Source: Bdellovibrionales bacterium RIFOXYD12_FULL_39_22 (lineage in GTDB: Bacteria > Bdellovibrionota > Bacteriovoracia > Bacteriovoracales > Bacteriovoracaceae). Taken from it: a stretch of 64,000 bases of DNA. Shown one piece after another: positions 50,751-61,942 of the stretch. The DNA is taken from the NCBI GenBank assembly GCA_001770205.1, contig MEQL01000012.1, positions 62,001 through 126,000 on the forward strand, in the 5' to 3' direction. The translations under genes were made by a program, and so were the position numbers. A model generated the notes under the pieces. It was not told where the DNA came from, ran no database searches, and saw only the letters and a program-made list of their open reading frames with translations. How positions within the stretch are numbered: position 1 is the first letter of the stretch; each line of letters opens with the position of its first letter.

Positions 50751-52462
50751 CCCAGGGCCTCTTTGTATAAGTCGACAATATCACCGACCTCCAAAATTAA
50801 GGCCACTGTTCCATCTGCCAAAATGGTTCCTCCAGCGATGGCCGGAAGGCCCTCAAGTTCTGCGCCCAGATTTTTAAAAACAATTCGCTGTTGAATTAAA
50901 ATGTCATCAACATGTAACAGATAGTTTTTATCATGATGTGCCACTAAAAAAAGAATGTCGTTGTTTTTATTACCTGCAACTTTTTGTTTGGGCGGCAAGT
51001 GAAATACTTCTCGTAATTCAATAATCGGATATACCGCATCTTTTACTTTTAAGATCTTTTCTCCCGTTCTAACGCTACGAGCATCTTGAAGAGAAGCATG
51101 ATGGATTTCTAGCACTTCCGAACTAGGCATAATATATTTTTTATTATCTACAACGATGACCATGCCATTAAAGATGGCCAAGGTAGGAGGCAGCTTAATA
51201 ACTGTTTTAGTTCCTTGTCCCTCAACACTCTTTACCTCTATGGTTCCATGCAACTTATCAATTGATTTTTTAATGGCATCCATTCCGACGCCCCGCCCGG
51301 AAATATCAGTAGCAACTTCGTTGGTAGAAAAACCACTAGCAAAAATAAAACTAATTAATTCTTTTTCACTAACATCTCTCCCTTCTTCCAACATTCCTTT
51401 TTGAATGGCCTTCTTTTTTATTCGTTCTAAATTTAATCCTCCGCCATCATCTTCAATAATCAAATAAAAGTATCGGCCACTATAAGAGGCACTCATTTTA
51501 ACCGTGCCATACTCTGGCTTTCCTGATTTTTGTCGCACTTCTTTGGACTCAATACCATGATCTACGGAGTTACGAATAATATGAGTCAGAGGAGACGAGA
51601 GCTCATCCAACATGGTCTTATCCAATTCAGTCTCCTCGCCTACACCAACAAAACGGACTGTTTTATTTAAAAATTTTGCAGTATCTCTTACCGTTCTCTG
51701 CATCTTATTAAATATATTTTTCAGTGATAACATTCGCAATGATATCGAATTTTGTTGTAACTCGTAGGTAATCTTATTCAATTGCATTATAGTGCGATGA
51801 ATAGCATCTGCATTCTTTATAATATCGTCCTTATAATGTTCTAATGATGATTGTAAAATAACCTGTTCACTAAAATCATTAAGCAGATCCTCTATTTTTT
51901 TAATTGGTAAGCGAATAAAATCATCATTCTTTTTTCCTTTAACCCCTCCTTCCTCTTCGCTGGAAGGATTATCCAAAATACGCTTAGATGGACGCTCCAA
52001 AAGTGTGGACTTAGACTTCATCTGTTGAATAGATTCAATTTGCGCTAAATTGTCTGCTGCTGACTTTTCTGCCAAAATAGAGTTTATACGATTAACAATC
52101 GCGGCCGTATCAATATGCGCACTTTTATTCTCTTTTAGTGTTCTAATAAATGTTTTTAACACATCATTAGATGCCAATAAAATATCTACCACATTGGCCG
52201 AAACATTGACTTCACTTTGCTTAATGCGAACTAATAAATTTTCAAACTGATGCGCAAAAGTGGAAAACTCTTCAAACCCAACTGCTGCTGCTGACCCCTT
52301 TATATTATGGGCCATACGCAAAATATCTTCAATTATTCGCTTATCGTTGGGATTTTTTTCTAGCTCTAAAAAACGCTTTTCTGTTTGCTCTAAAAAGCCA
52401 CAAGATTCGGCCAGAAATTCTTCTTGAATTTCAGCAACAAATTTTTGCTCGCCATCATCCAT
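50747..52462 (-). CDS. cheA: CheA histidine kinase (no evident P2 domain)
   Basis: RMAHNIKG, HIIRNSVDHG, DDGGG, SGRGVGMD, single P5. Confidence 0.93.
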   Translation of the reverse strand: MDDGEQKFVAEIQEEFLAESCGFLEQTEKRFLELEKNPNDKRIIEDILRMAHNIKGSAAAVGFEEFSTFAHQFENLLVRIKQSEVNVSANVVDILLASNDVLKTFIRTLKENKSAHIDTAAIVNRINSILAEKSAADNLAQIESIQQMKSKSTLLERPSKRILDNPSSEEEGGVKGKKNDDFIRLPIKKIEDLLNDFSEQVILQSSLEHYKDDIIKNADAIHRTIMQLNKITYELQQNSISLRMLSLKNIFNKMQRTVRDTAKFLNKTVRFVGVGEETELDKTMLDELSSPLTHIIRNSVDHGIESKEVRQKSGKPEYGTVKMSASYSGRYFYLIIEDDGGGLNLERIKKKAIQKGMLEEGRDVSEKELISFIFASGFSTNEVATDISGRGVGMDAIKKSIDKLHGTIEVKSVEGQGTKTVIKLPPTLAIFNGMVIVVDNKKYIMPSSEVLEIHHASLQDARSVRTGEKILKVKDAVYPIIELREVFHLPPKQKVAGNKNNDILFLVAHHDKNYLLHVDDILIQQRIVFKNLGAELEGLPAIAGGTILADGTVALILEVGDIVDLYKEALG

Positions 52463-52564
52463 AACGGCCCATCACTTTTGATAATAATTAATTATACTGC
52501 GCAAACCAGATATTTGTACTCTTTTTTAAAAAGAAGCAAATCCTTCAATGGCCGCCCGTTTTAA

Positions 52565-52918
52565 TCAGGCCTTCGGCCGTAGCATACTGATGGCAACTCC
52601 TATTACTATGAACAAAAAGGCCAGCAAGTCATATTTTGTGGGCCGCTCGCGCAGATAAAAAATACTAAAAATTGAAAAAACAAAAAAAGTTATAACTTCT
52701 TGCAAAATTTTCAATTGAGAGGCGGAAAAAACCGCATGGCCCCATCGATTGGCCGGCACTTGTAAACAATATTCAAAAAAAGCAATTCCCCAACTTGCCA
52801 CAATAACCAACCAAATAGAGCTGTTTTTAAAGCGAAGATGGCCATACCAAGCGAAAGTCATAAAAATATTGCTCAATATTAATAGAACTACCGTGCGCGT
52901 CCCTACCAGCAAATCCAT
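52565..52918 (-). CDS. DMT-family small membrane protein
   Basis: SNIFMTFAWYGHL, SWGIAFFEYCLQVPANR, QLKILQEVIT. Confidence 0.9.
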   Translation of the reverse strand: MDLLVGTRTVVLLILSNIFMTFAWYGHLRFKNSSIWLVIVASWGIAFFEYCLQVPANRWGHAVFSASQLKILQEVITFFVFSIFSIFYLRERPTKYDLLAFLFIVIGVAISMLRPKA

Positions 52919-52939
52919 AGCAAAAAAACTCCTCTAATC

Positions 52940-55900
52940 TTATGGTGCCAATCCAGGCATCATAGCGCGATAAATATCGTGCAGTTGATAGATAAATAAT
53001 AACTCATCATTTACCAATAAGCGAATTTGTTGTTTAACCTCTTCTGGTATTTCCTTGCTATAGGTTAAATCTTCAAAGTTTTTTACCTTCTCAAGCAATG
53101 CTTGAGAGAAGCGGCCACTGTTATCCTTTTCGCTGCCTGATGCAATTATCAAGCGGGAGCTGGACAGATCTTGATAGTACTTGGTTTTCTTATTTATACC
53201 ATGTCGCTCCAGCTCTTCATCTAAAATTGCCTTATTTTTTCGACACTCCGTTAAAATGCGAAGGCCCTCTTCGCGCGCTTTTAACTCTTCTTCTGAAAAG
53301 CGCTTACTTGCTTTTGCCCGCTCAATTAATTGAGCATATTCTTCGGTAGTGACAGGTGGATCATATGGCCATTCCATATTGGCAATCATCATCCGAATTG
53401 TCTCCAACGAAGATAGGGTTTGATTTAAAAGCTCTCGTCGTTTCTCATCCTCTTTGCTTACAGCATTAGCATTCATATTTTCTAGTTGTTTTAAATTTTC
53501 AACATAACTATTTAGTAATTTTATAATCTCCGTTTCTTGTGCTTTAATATTTCTTTTTTCTAACTCAACTATATAGTTATCTCTAAAGGCCATAACCTCG
53601 GTAGAAGATTTTAAATCTCTCTCTTCCAAAATCGGCTCAAATTTCTCACTCAAATCAGCAGACATCTCCAAATAGTTATTTTCCGCATTGCTAATTCTAT
53701 CTATCAAATAAGGATCCTCTACTACCTTGAAAGAAAAGTTAAAAGGGATGGCCAAATGATAAGTAGAACTATCAAAGATGTTTATCAGCTTGGCAGCAGC
53801 ATATGCCCGAAGGCCTTTGGACATAAACATCATACTATTTTCATCTTTTGATTCCCCTTGATACATATCATAAGGCCTAAAAATTCCCGAAATGGCCATA
53901 CGATAATCACGCACTAAGGTATCATCTTTTCCTTTCTTTTTTTGCATGTAATCAAAGTAGCTAATTCCCGAAGAAGCGTCATAATATCCTTCTCCGATTT
54001 CCTCTGAAATTGACTCCATTGTTAAAAAATCAACTGCTAGCATTCTATCCATCCCAGTACCAATAACTTTAACCTCTTCATCCCTATTCATCTCGTGTGC
54101 TGAGGGATATGAGTTATAAAGTGCACTCAAAAAGAAATTAACCGACAAATCAACGGCCTTATCCCAACTTTCTCCTTGTAAATTATTTTTCTCTTTGTAA
54201 TCGATAAATGATCGAAGGGGTAAAAAGTAGTTATTTCGCAAATGATAATAGTACATAGCATCAAAATACTGGGTATAATAACGCTTACCATATGGACTCT
54301 CTAAATTGCGAAGTACATATTCATCATGATAGGAATCGGCAATATCTTTGGCCACCTCGTAGGGAGTTGAGCCTTTATCAAAACGGTTGCATAGTGGATC
54401 GATATCCACATGCTGGTCAGTACAAAACTCATAGTCAAATTTAGTAAGTCTATTCTGCAAAGCATCTTTAGAAGAATCATTATACAAAAGATCAATCGCC
54501 GCAATATCATATTTCCCAGGACGATCAAGAAGGTGGGCCACATCCGCAGAATAATCCATAACGGAGGCCTGGCGAAATTTAAGCTCTCCCTTCTCATCCA
54601 AATCCGGATAGAAGTTTTTCTTATCCACCGAGGCCCTAAAGTTATGCCGCAATCCTAAATTATGTCCCATCTCGTGAGTGATGGCAAACAACATAAAGCT
54701 TTCGATAAATTCTTCATCACTCATTCCAAGCTCTGCCGCATCATCTAGCGCCATGGCCATTTTATCGCGATCATATAATCCCGAACAGTCTCGCCCTTCA
54801 TCTGCATGATCTGCATGATCTGCGTGATTAAGATGTTTATGCTCAGAACTTTTATTTCTTACCAATTGCGCAATATTTTTTCCCACAAGTCTATTAGAAG
54901 AAATAGCATTCATCAGTTCGGCCAAACTATTTTCTTCTTTGCTATTAAATTTAGCATTAAAGGAGAGATATTTTTGTTGCGTCTCTCTATCTGAATAACG
55001 TTGGGCCAAAGAGCGCAAATCTATTTTCTCCAAATGTTTAACAAGGCCTTTTTTATCTTCATCTTTTTTTATAGAAGATTCTACTACCGCCTTTACTTTT
55101 TCTTCCTTTACCAATTCTTTTTCTACTGGCCTCTTTTCCTCCGACATGGCCTTTTGCGTTGTATGCTTTTTGCTATCTCGCAGGTACCAAACATGTCTTA
55201 AAATGGCCCCTCCGTAGATCATGGTATCCGCATTTATAATTTCTCCGCTAAACGGATTATTAATCGATGGCCCAAATCCCAATGGTACCGAATCAAAGGG
55301 TTCCTCAATCCACTCCAACATAGAATAGCGTATATCCCCCAAACGCTGCGTACCATCACTCTCTTTTAGCTCTATAAAGTTATCTATTCCCAATTGCTTT
55401 TTAAAAACCTTATTCCACTCTTTCACTGCCTGATAGGCCAGATGTTTATACTTTGCACCATTACCAGAAGTCCAATTTTTTGAAAGATAATAGACAACTT
55501 TTTTTCGAGGATCTCGACGAACTAAAAGTGGTCGATCTTTTGTGACATAATTGTTATCTACCACCATCTGATCTTGAGTAAAGAATCCAACTTTATCTAA
55601 TATTCCCGCACTTACCTCTTTTCCTTTGTAGTCACTTTTTTCTACTGGCATAAAAGAGTAACGCACATTTACCAATGTAGAATTCTCTCCCTTACCTAGA
55701 CTGGCCCGTTTGAGGGCAGTAATATTAATAATATCTTTTAAAACCACTAGCTCACTAATTTCACCAGCAGATTCTAGACTTAAAAATTCACCATCTTGAT
55801 AGATTCCATATCCTTCGTAATAGTTTCCTCGATCTAATAATTCTTCATCGGTAAAGTCCACTATTGCATACTCGCGCTTATCCCAACTACGATCTTCTTC

Positions 55901-56308
55901 CGTTTCCACCATCTTATTGGTTTTATCACCATTTTCATCCTTCTCTCTCCGAACATCGATATGCTTGCTAACAGGAAAACGACTCAGCACTCGCTCTGAA
56001 GAAAACGGAGTGTCAGAACTTTTTTTCATAAAGTCGGTAGACTTTTTATCAACATTGTAAATTGTTAGATAATTTTCAGAAAATTTTAATCTTACGATGC
56101 GACTGCTGCCTAAATTTCCCACTGTCGCGGTAGAGGCCTCCAAGTCACTTTTGGTGATCGTCTCCTTAAAATAGTACAGGCCATCACTAATCAGAGCTTT
56201 TTTTATGCGAAAACGATTGGGTTCTAGCTCCTTAACCGGGCGCTTTTCCGCACAGGCAAAAAGGGAAAGTAAAAAGAGTGCTCCTAAAACTGTAATTAAA
56301 TTTCTCAT
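52940..56308 (-). CDS. Zinc-dependent metalloprotease lipoprotein (metzincin, EcxA-like)
   Basis: Lipobox LFAC; LGDIRYS, GFGPS..NP.SGEI; HEMGHNLGLRH; Met-turn SVMDY. Confidence 0.88.
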   Translation of the reverse strand: MRNLITVLGALFLLSLFACAEKRPVKELEPNRFRIKKALISDGLYYFKETITKSDLEASTATVGNLGSSRIVRLKFSENYLTIYNVDKKSTDFMKKSSDTPFSSERVLSRFPVSKHIDVRREKDENGDKTNKMVETEEDRSWDKREYAIVDFTDEELLDRGNYYEGYGIYQDGEFLSLESAGEISELVVLKDIINITALKRASLGKGENSTLVNVRYSFMPVEKSDYKGKEVSAGILDKVGFFTQDQMVVDNNYVTKDRPLLVRRDPRKKVVYYLSKNWTSGNGAKYKHLAYQAVKEWNKVFKKQLGIDNFIELKESDGTQRLGDIRYSMLEWIEEPFDSVPLGFGPSINNPFSGEIINADTMIYGGAILRHVWYLRDSKKHTTQKAMSEEKRPVEKELVKEEKVKAVVESSIKKDEDKKGLVKHLEKIDLRSLAQRYSDRETQQKYLSFNAKFNSKEENSLAELMNAISSNRLVGKNIAQLVRNKSSEHKHLNHADHADHADEGRDCSGLYDRDKMAMALDDAAELGMSDEEFIESFMLFAITHEMGHNLGLRHNFRASVDKKNFYPDLDEKGELKFRQASVMDYSADVAHLLDRPGKYDIAAIDLLYNDSSKDALQNRLTKFDYEFCTDQHVDIDPLCNRFDKGSTPYEVAKDIADSYHDEYVLRNLESPYGKRYYTQYFDAMYYYHLRNNYFLPLRSFIDYKEKNNLQGESWDKAVDLSVNFFLSALYNSYPSAHEMNRDEEVKVIGTGMDRMLAVDFLTMESISEEIGEGYYDASSGISYFDYMQKKKGKDDTLVRDYRMAISGIFRPYDMYQGESKDENSMMFMSKGLRAYAAAKLINIFDSSTYHLAIPFNFSFKVVEDPYLIDRISNAENNYLEMSADLSEKFEPILEERDLKSSTEVMAFRDNYIVELEKRNIKAQETEIIKLLNSYVENLKQLENMNANAVSKEDEKRRELLNQTLSSLETIRMMIANMEWPYDPPVTTEEYAQLIERAKASKRFSEEELKAREEGLRILTECRKNKAILDEELERHGINKKTKYYQDLSSSRLIIASGSEKDNSGRFSQALLEKVKNFEDLTYSKEIPEEVKQQIRLLVNDELLFIYQLHDIYRAMMPGLAP
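54800..54826. repeat. 9-bp tandem repeat encoding HAD x3
   Basis: ATCTGCATG x3 (third copy has 1 mismatch). Confidence 0.85.
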
Positions 56309-56319
56309 TGCGCATCCTT

Positions 56320-57120
56320 TTAAAATTTCACACCCAGCGACACACCAACTTGTGTAGCATCGGTATGATATAAACTATAGTTTGCTTGCTCGTATTTCAA
56401 ATTAGGCCCACCAGAACTTATTCCTAGTGCCATAAAGGAACTTTCCGTTATTGCATACTCCAAGGCCGCTTCAGTCGCATGAGAGCCACTCCACCGTCCA
56501 GCATAATTCATCAAATTACTAAACACAAAATTTAGGCCACAAGAAAAAAATTCTCCAACGGAGTATCTAATTCCTAGCGCATTTTTCATCACAACTGAAG
56601 TGTATTGCCCTAAAGGGCCGTTGTAGTATTTATGAAAATTTTTCCCCACACTTAAGGCATGAGTTAATGCTAATTCTTTAGAAAAACTATATGATTGAAC
56701 ACCTGCTACTCCCATTGCACCATAGAGCGTTTCTTTTTTATATAAATCCGGCGTCGTCCAAAGTGCCTTGGCCGAAAGTTCATCTACGCTATATCCGGCG
56801 GCGCTAAACACTTTAGTGTAGCTATATCCGGCAAAGGGGGGATTTAAAATTATATCTGATTCATTAGGTCCCACCATGGTGGGATATATCTTATCAAGCG
56901 CCCCACCGACAAAAAAAATGTTATTTCCTTCAATGGCCAGCACTTTTAACATTAAGCTGTTGGCAAACTCCTTATTCGCTTCATAGGTTAGCTTCATGGC
57001 CGAATCTAAAATGGCCACTCCACCAAACTTGTAAGTGGCAAAAGAAGAGGTGGTGGCCAACGATAAAGTAATGGCCAGAAAAAAAGATAGGCGATGCAAA
57101 TTTTTACCTAAAAACTTCAT
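56320..57120 (-). CDS. Putative outer-membrane beta-barrel protein
   Basis: Signal peptide ending SFA; amphipathic strands; C-terminal VSLGVKF. Confidence 0.7.
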   Translation of the reverse strand: MKFLGKNLHRLSFFLAITLSLATTSSFATYKFGGVAILDSAMKLTYEANKEFANSLMLKVLAIEGNNIFFVGGALDKIYPTMVGPNESDIILNPPFAGYSYTKVFSAAGYSVDELSAKALWTTPDLYKKETLYGAMGVAGVQSYSFSKELALTHALSVGKNFHKYYNGPLGQYTSVVMKNALGIRYSVGEFFSCGLNFVFSNLMNYAGRWSGSHATEAALEYAITESSFMALGISSGGPNLKYEQANYSLYHTDATQVGVSLGVKF

Positions 57121-57157
57121 CCAAAATCCTTGGCAAATAGTTCTTCATAATAATATG

Positions 57158-57173
57158 AGCAATAAACATTCCA
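57158..57173 (-). promoter_or_regulatory. Putative sigma54 promoter of the OMP-metalloprotease genes
   Basis: Minus strand TGGAATG-TTTA-TTGCT with exact GG-N10-GC spacing, 38 bp upstream of the OMP start. Confidence 0.65.
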
Positions 57174-57244
57174 ACTACCAAAAGAGTGCGCTCCCCAATA
57201 ATTTCAAAGGCAGCAAACGCATAGAAATTTTATAGAAAAGATGG

Positions 57245-57282
57245 CCTGTCTAAGGATTAGACAGGTGTATAAAAATTTTGCA
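57245..57282. promoter_or_regulatory. Inverted repeat; tandem enhancer-like sites (may also terminate the upstream gene)
   Basis: CCTGTCTAA-GGA-TTAGACAGG perfect 9-bp palindrome, then TGTATAAAAATTTTGCA; both have TGT-N11-(A/G)CA form. Confidence 0.5.
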
Positions 57283-57286
57283 GTAA

Positions 57287-59929
57287 TTATGATTCAGATG
57301 ATTCCAATCTATTTTTTAATTCGCGATAATCAATTTTACCAGTTCCCAGCACCGGAATAGTATCAACTTTGACCACTCGACGAATATTATGCAACGGACT
57401 AAGTCCGCCCTCCTGAATAAAACGATTGGCCTCTTCTCTGGTAGTTTCTGTTATGCAAAACAAAACTAACTCCGGACGAATCTCTTCCGCGGTGGCCTCC
57501 ACCGCCAACGTCGGGCCTTCTTCGCTTTTAGGATAATGTTTTTCCAATACCTGTTCGATGGCCGGCAAAGAGATCATTTCCCCGCCCATTTTTATAAAAC
57601 GCTTTAGCCGCCCCTTGAAAATCAAATATCCATTTACTTCTTGCACTAAATCACCGGTCTTATACCAACTCTTTCCATCATGATCTACAAAAGGCGAAGG
57701 GCCATCATAATTTAAATATCCTCCAAAAATACTACGCCCTCTCACTAACAACATTCCCATCTCTCCCTTCGCAATAGGCCCATTATTTTCTGGATGAACT
57801 ATGGTGTACTCAATATTAGAAAGTACTTTCCCAATGGTTCCTGGACGAGAATCCTCCGGAGTGTTGGCGGAAATTACCGGAGAGCATTCGGTTATCCCAT
57901 AACCTTCTAAAATATGCGCGTTCGGACAACTCTCCTTCAGCGCTTCATAAACATACTCCTGACACTTCTCCGCACCAGTTACCGCAAAACGCAAACTATC
58001 CAAATCTCCTGGCAAGGAGGCCTTCACAATGCCGTTCACAAAAGTTGGAGTTCCGGCCATAATGGCCAATTTATATTCCTTTATTAATTTGGCCAAGGTA
58101 TTGGCATCAGTTGGATTTGGGGAAAAATAGACTGGCAGTCCCATTAAAATGGGTGCCAAAGTAGTCAGCTCAATTCCAAAGGAGTGAAACGTTGGCAAAA
58201 ATCCAATAAAACTATCTGAACGATAAAAAGTTATCATCTCGGCCACACCTTTAATGTTGGTAAGCTGATTGGCATGTGTAAGCGGTACTGCTTTGGGGAA
58301 TCCTTCTGAACCAGAAGTAAAAAGCACTACACCAATGGGCGAAACAGAAACTTGCGTCAACTCCCTCCAGCAAAAGAAAGTTTTATACAAAGCAGTAAGT
58401 TTGGCCTTTAACTTTATTTTGGGGGCCAACTTTTCCATAATAAAAAAGCTATCTTCCACTTCGGAAAAATCAAGGCCTTGATCTTTTAACTTATCCAGTA
58501 ATGCCTGGGCCGTTATCACATTTTTTATAGCGAGCGAATCTAGGGCATATTTAATAGTTCGAATACCGGCAGTCCAATTAATCATAACTGGAGTTTTTCC
58601 AGAAAACAAAGTAGCAAAATAGACAATTGCTCCAGCTACCGATGCTGGCAACATAATTCCCACCATATTTCCTTCTAGCTTTTCAATAAAGGGGCGGAGC
58701 GCAAATATTGAAGTAACAATATTGCGATAAGTTTTGGGCCCACTTTTTTGATCTGCAATAATCATTTTATTCGGCCACTTTTTAAAGCTTCTTAAAAACA
58801 TTTCCGTAACAGTGGCAGCCTCTTCAAAAATTACAGGGGAGTTATCTTTTTTATTCCAAAACCATTTGGCGTTTGCCGGCGTGATGGCGATACCTACACT
58901 ACTGGCCATCACTTCTCCTTCCGCCGCACGAAGTACATCTTCTACACTTCGAAGAGAATCAGAGTTACTCTGCGAAAAACCAAATTCTGCCTCCAGCCAC
59001 AAGACTAACTCTGCTCTCGCCAAACTATCCATCATTAAATCCAAGGCCAACAAATCGCCATCTGCAATTTTGCGCTTCCCTGTTTTGTCCTGTAAATATT
59101 TATAGACAATGCTTCGAGTGCTATCGGCAATCGTCGCTGCTTTTTGGGAAAAAGTTGCTTGTTTAACTTCATGTAGATATTTAGTGCTTTCACCTCTCCA
59201 GAAATAATAGGGAACGTATAGATGATGATGAAAAACTTTCGAATAAAATTTACTCAAATAGCGATTGATCTCATTGCGCTCTCCTTTTTTTGGCAGGTCA
59301 TGCGTTGATACAAATTCAATACTCACTTCTCTTCGTGGAATAAAAAAAATAAAATTGGCCATAAGCAACCATAAATACCAACCCAAAAGATTGGCAATTT
59401 TGGGCTCTTTCCCAGTGGGAGCATAACTAAAACTACTCCCCCATAATCCTTTAATTCGCACTAGCACTACCTGCAAATCAGGATTATCGTTTAAAAGAGT
59501 ATGTACTGCGCTGGTTCCACCAATTTCTTCTTGCCAGCTACGATAAACACGTCCACCTGGATATAACAAAACATCCTCTCCCTTGCGTAAACTCAAAGAG
59601 AGATTCTGCATGGCCGCAACAACCTTATCTCGACCTTTGTTACCGACTCGACTAATATCCGGGATCGGTAGGCCATTAACGGCCTTAACCAAGGCCCCCA
59701 CCCCAAAGCGCCGCCCCTGACGCTCATCCACTAATACTCTAGGCGTAAATCTTTTTAAAAGAAAAGAATAAAGAAGAATGGGATCAATCAGGGCCGGATG
59801 ATTGGGCAAAAATAAAATGCCCAAACTCCCCTTACGCTTTATTTGATCAAAATTTACAACATCTACTTTATATCTTAAAGAAAACAAAAGACGGCCAAGG
59901 GCACCCGCCCATCTAATAATTGTCATCAT
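57287..59929 (-). CDS. Aas-like acyltransferase, carrier protein and acyl-AMP ligase fusion
   Basis: NHPALID (HX4D), LLYPGG; DLMMDSL phosphopantetheine Ser motif; FTSGSEGFPKAV, GYGITE, YKTGD, KMGGE. Confidence 0.88.
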   Translation of the reverse strand: MMTIIRWAGALGRLLFSLRYKVDVVNFDQIKRKGSLGILFLPNHPALIDPILLYSFLLKRFTPRVLVDERQGRRFGVGALVKAVNGLPIPDISRVGNKGRDKVVAAMQNLSLSLRKGEDVLLYPGGRVYRSWQEEIGGTSAVHTLLNDNPDLQVVLVRIKGLWGSSFSYAPTGKEPKIANLLGWYLWLLMANFIFFIPRREVSIEFVSTHDLPKKGERNEINRYLSKFYSKVFHHHLYVPYYFWRGESTKYLHEVKQATFSQKAATIADSTRSIVYKYLQDKTGKRKIADGDLLALDLMMDSLARAELVLWLEAEFGFSQSNSDSLRSVEDVLRAAEGEVMASSVGIAITPANAKWFWNKKDNSPVIFEEAATVTEMFLRSFKKWPNKMIIADQKSGPKTYRNIVTSIFALRPFIEKLEGNMVGIMLPASVAGAIVYFATLFSGKTPVMINWTAGIRTIKYALDSLAIKNVITAQALLDKLKDQGLDFSEVEDSFFIMEKLAPKIKLKAKLTALYKTFFCWRELTQVSVSPIGVVLFTSGSEGFPKAVPLTHANQLTNIKGVAEMITFYRSDSFIGFLPTFHSFGIELTTLAPILMGLPVYFSPNPTDANTLAKLIKEYKLAIMAGTPTFVNGIVKASLPGDLDSLRFAVTGAEKCQEYVYEALKESCPNAHILEGYGITECSPVISANTPEDSRPGTIGKVLSNIEYTIVHPENNGPIAKGEMGMLLVRGRSIFGGYLNYDGPSPFVDHDGKSWYKTGDLVQEVNGYLIFKGRLKRFIKMGGEMISLPAIEQVLEKHYPKSEEGPTLAVEATAEEIRPELVLFCITETTREEANRFIQEGGLSPLHNIRRVVKVDTIPVLGTGKIDYRELKNRLESSES

Positions 59930-59944
59930 AAGAAGAATCCCTCA

Positions 59945-61942
59945 TTATTTGGAAGTAAGTTGCATTGTTCCATCTATCCAACGAACAATAATCTTTTGAG
60001 AAAGATCTTCTCCCGAAACAATCATTTTGGCCAATGGCCGGACAATAAATTTATTAAAGACTATTGCTAGCGGCCTTGCCCCATAGGTGGCATCATATCC
60101 GCGCTCTTCTAGCAAATGATAGGCACTATCCTCTAATTCGACCTCTATATTTTTCCCACGTAAATGAGAGTTTAATTCTCTCAGTTGCTTTTCTACTAAT
60201 TTCCGCATAACTAAATTGCTCAAGTTACTATAGCGTAAAATAGCATCAATGCGGCCCAAAAGCTCTGGCCTAAAATCGCTTTGCAGGTCTTTAGAATTAG
60301 AGGTCATAATAATAATACTATTTTTAAAATTTATTGTACGACCTTTGTTATCAGTAAGCCGGCCATCATCTAAAATCTGCAGCATGATGTCCGTAAAATC
60401 TATATGCGCCTTTTCTACTTCATCAAATAAAATGACCGAATAAGGCCGCTTGCGAACCGCTTCTGTTAAAACGCCACCATCGTCATATCCAACATATCCG
60501 GCCGGCGATCCAATCAATTTGGCAACTGAGTGACGTTCTGAATATTCACTCATATCCAAGCGAATCATATTATCTTCACTTTCAAATAAAAACTTGGCCA
60601 ATTTTTTTGCAGTTTCAGTCTTCCCTACTCCCGTCGGCCCAAGCAATAGGAAAGATCCTAAAGGCCGGTGAATACTGGATAGGCCGGCATAACTAGAAAT
60701 TAATGTTTCCGCAATTTCTTTGATCGACTCCTCTTGTCCATAGATGGCCTCATTCAAAAAGTCTTCCAATTGCAAAATATTTTCCTGCTTAGTCTTTAAA
60801 ATCTTTTCTATAGGAATTCCCAATTGTCGTGAAATGACTAAGGCAATATGTTCTTTACCTAGCACCCAATCGTGAGCAGTATTACCTAACTCCTTTTCAA
60901 TCTCTGGGATGGTAGAATATTTTATCCTTGAGGCCTCTTCATAGTTTTGAGAAAGTTCGGCCTGCTCCAGCATGAATTTTGCACGATCTAGTTTTGCCTT
61001 CAAGGCCGTGATATTTTTTACTGCTCTCACTTTCGCTGCCCAAATCTCTTTTTGTCGATCAAAGTCGGCCTGCATAACTTCAATTTGCTGGGCAATTTCT
61101 TTATTGTTTTTTTCTACTTGTGCATATATTCGCTTGGATCTAATCTCTGATTCTAACTCTAACAAATCAGCGGGCATGGATTCCGCCGAAAGCTTAAGTG
61201 CTGAGGCGGCCTGATCTATTAAATCGATGGCCTTGTCAGGTAAATGCTTATTGGTAATATATTGGTCTGATAAAAAAACCGCTCCATAAATAGCATCATC
61301 AGAAATTTTTATACCATGATGAATTTCATATTTATCCCGAATCCCCATCAAAATTTCAATGGTATCCTCTTTCGATGGTTCCCGCACTGGAACATTGCAA
61401 AAACGTCGCTCCAGTGCGGGGTCCTGTAAAATATACTTTTGATACTCCTGCGGAGTTGTGGCCCCGATACAGTGCAACTCTCCACGGGCCAACGCAGGCT
61501 TAAGTAAGTTGGCCCCATCCATCGCGCCTTCTGTTTTCCCTGCTCCCACCAATTGATGAATCTCATCAATAAATAAAATACTTTCTCCTGCTGACTCTTT
61601 AACAAAGGCCAATAGTTGCTGAATACGCTCTTCAAACTCTCCGCGAAACTTAGTACCGGCCATCAATGCGCCCATATCCAAGCTATAAACTATTTTTTTC
61701 TTCAAAACGTCTGGCACTTGCCCTTTAACAATCTGCTCGGCCAATCCTTCAACAATAGCAGTTTTCCCCACTCCGGCCTCCCCTTCTAGCACCGGATTGT
61801 TTTTACTACGCCGCCCCAATATTTCAATTACTGATCGAATCTCTTTTATTCGACCAATCACCGGATCAAGCTTGCCTTCTTTGGCGCGGTCATTGAGATT
61901 GATTAGAAACTTAGGAGTTTTTTCCTCAACATTTTTATCCAT
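59945..61942 (-). CDS. clpB: ClpB-like AAA+ chaperone lacking the N-terminal domain
   Basis: LDPVIGR near the start; [14 protein letters not shown]; coiled-coil M domain (YEEASRIKY); [29 protein letters not shown] before ATG 61942. Confidence 0.85.
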   Translation of the reverse strand: MDKNVEEKTPKFLINLNDRAKEGKLDPVIGRIKEIRSVIEILGRRSKNNPVLEGEAGVGKTAIVEGLAEQIVKGQVPDVLKKKIVYSLDMGALMAGTKFRGEFEERIQQLLAFVKESAGESILFIDEIHQLVGAGKTEGAMDGANLLKPALARGELHCIGATTPQEYQKYILQDPALERRFCNVPVREPSKEDTIEILMGIRDKYEIHHGIKISDDAIYGAVFLSDQYITNKHLPDKAIDLIDQAASALKLSAESMPADLLELESEIRSKRIYAQVEKNNKEIAQQIEVMQADFDRQKEIWAAKVRAVKNITALKAKLDRAKFMLEQAELSQNYEEASRIKYSTIPEIEKELGNTAHDWVLGKEHIALVISRQLGIPIEKILKTKQENILQLEDFLNEAIYGQEESIKEIAETLISSYAGLSSIHRPLGSFLLLGPTGVGKTETAKKLAKFLFESEDNMIRLDMSEYSERHSVAKLIGSPAGYVGYDDGGVLTEAVRKRPYSVILFDEVEKAHIDFTDIMLQILDDGRLTDNKGRTINFKNSIIIMTSNSKDLQSDFRPELLGRIDAILRYSNLSNLVMRKLVEKQLRELNSHLRGKNIEVELEDSAYHLLEERGYDATYGARPLAIVFNKFIVRPLAKMIVSGEDLSQKIIVRWIDGTMQLTSK

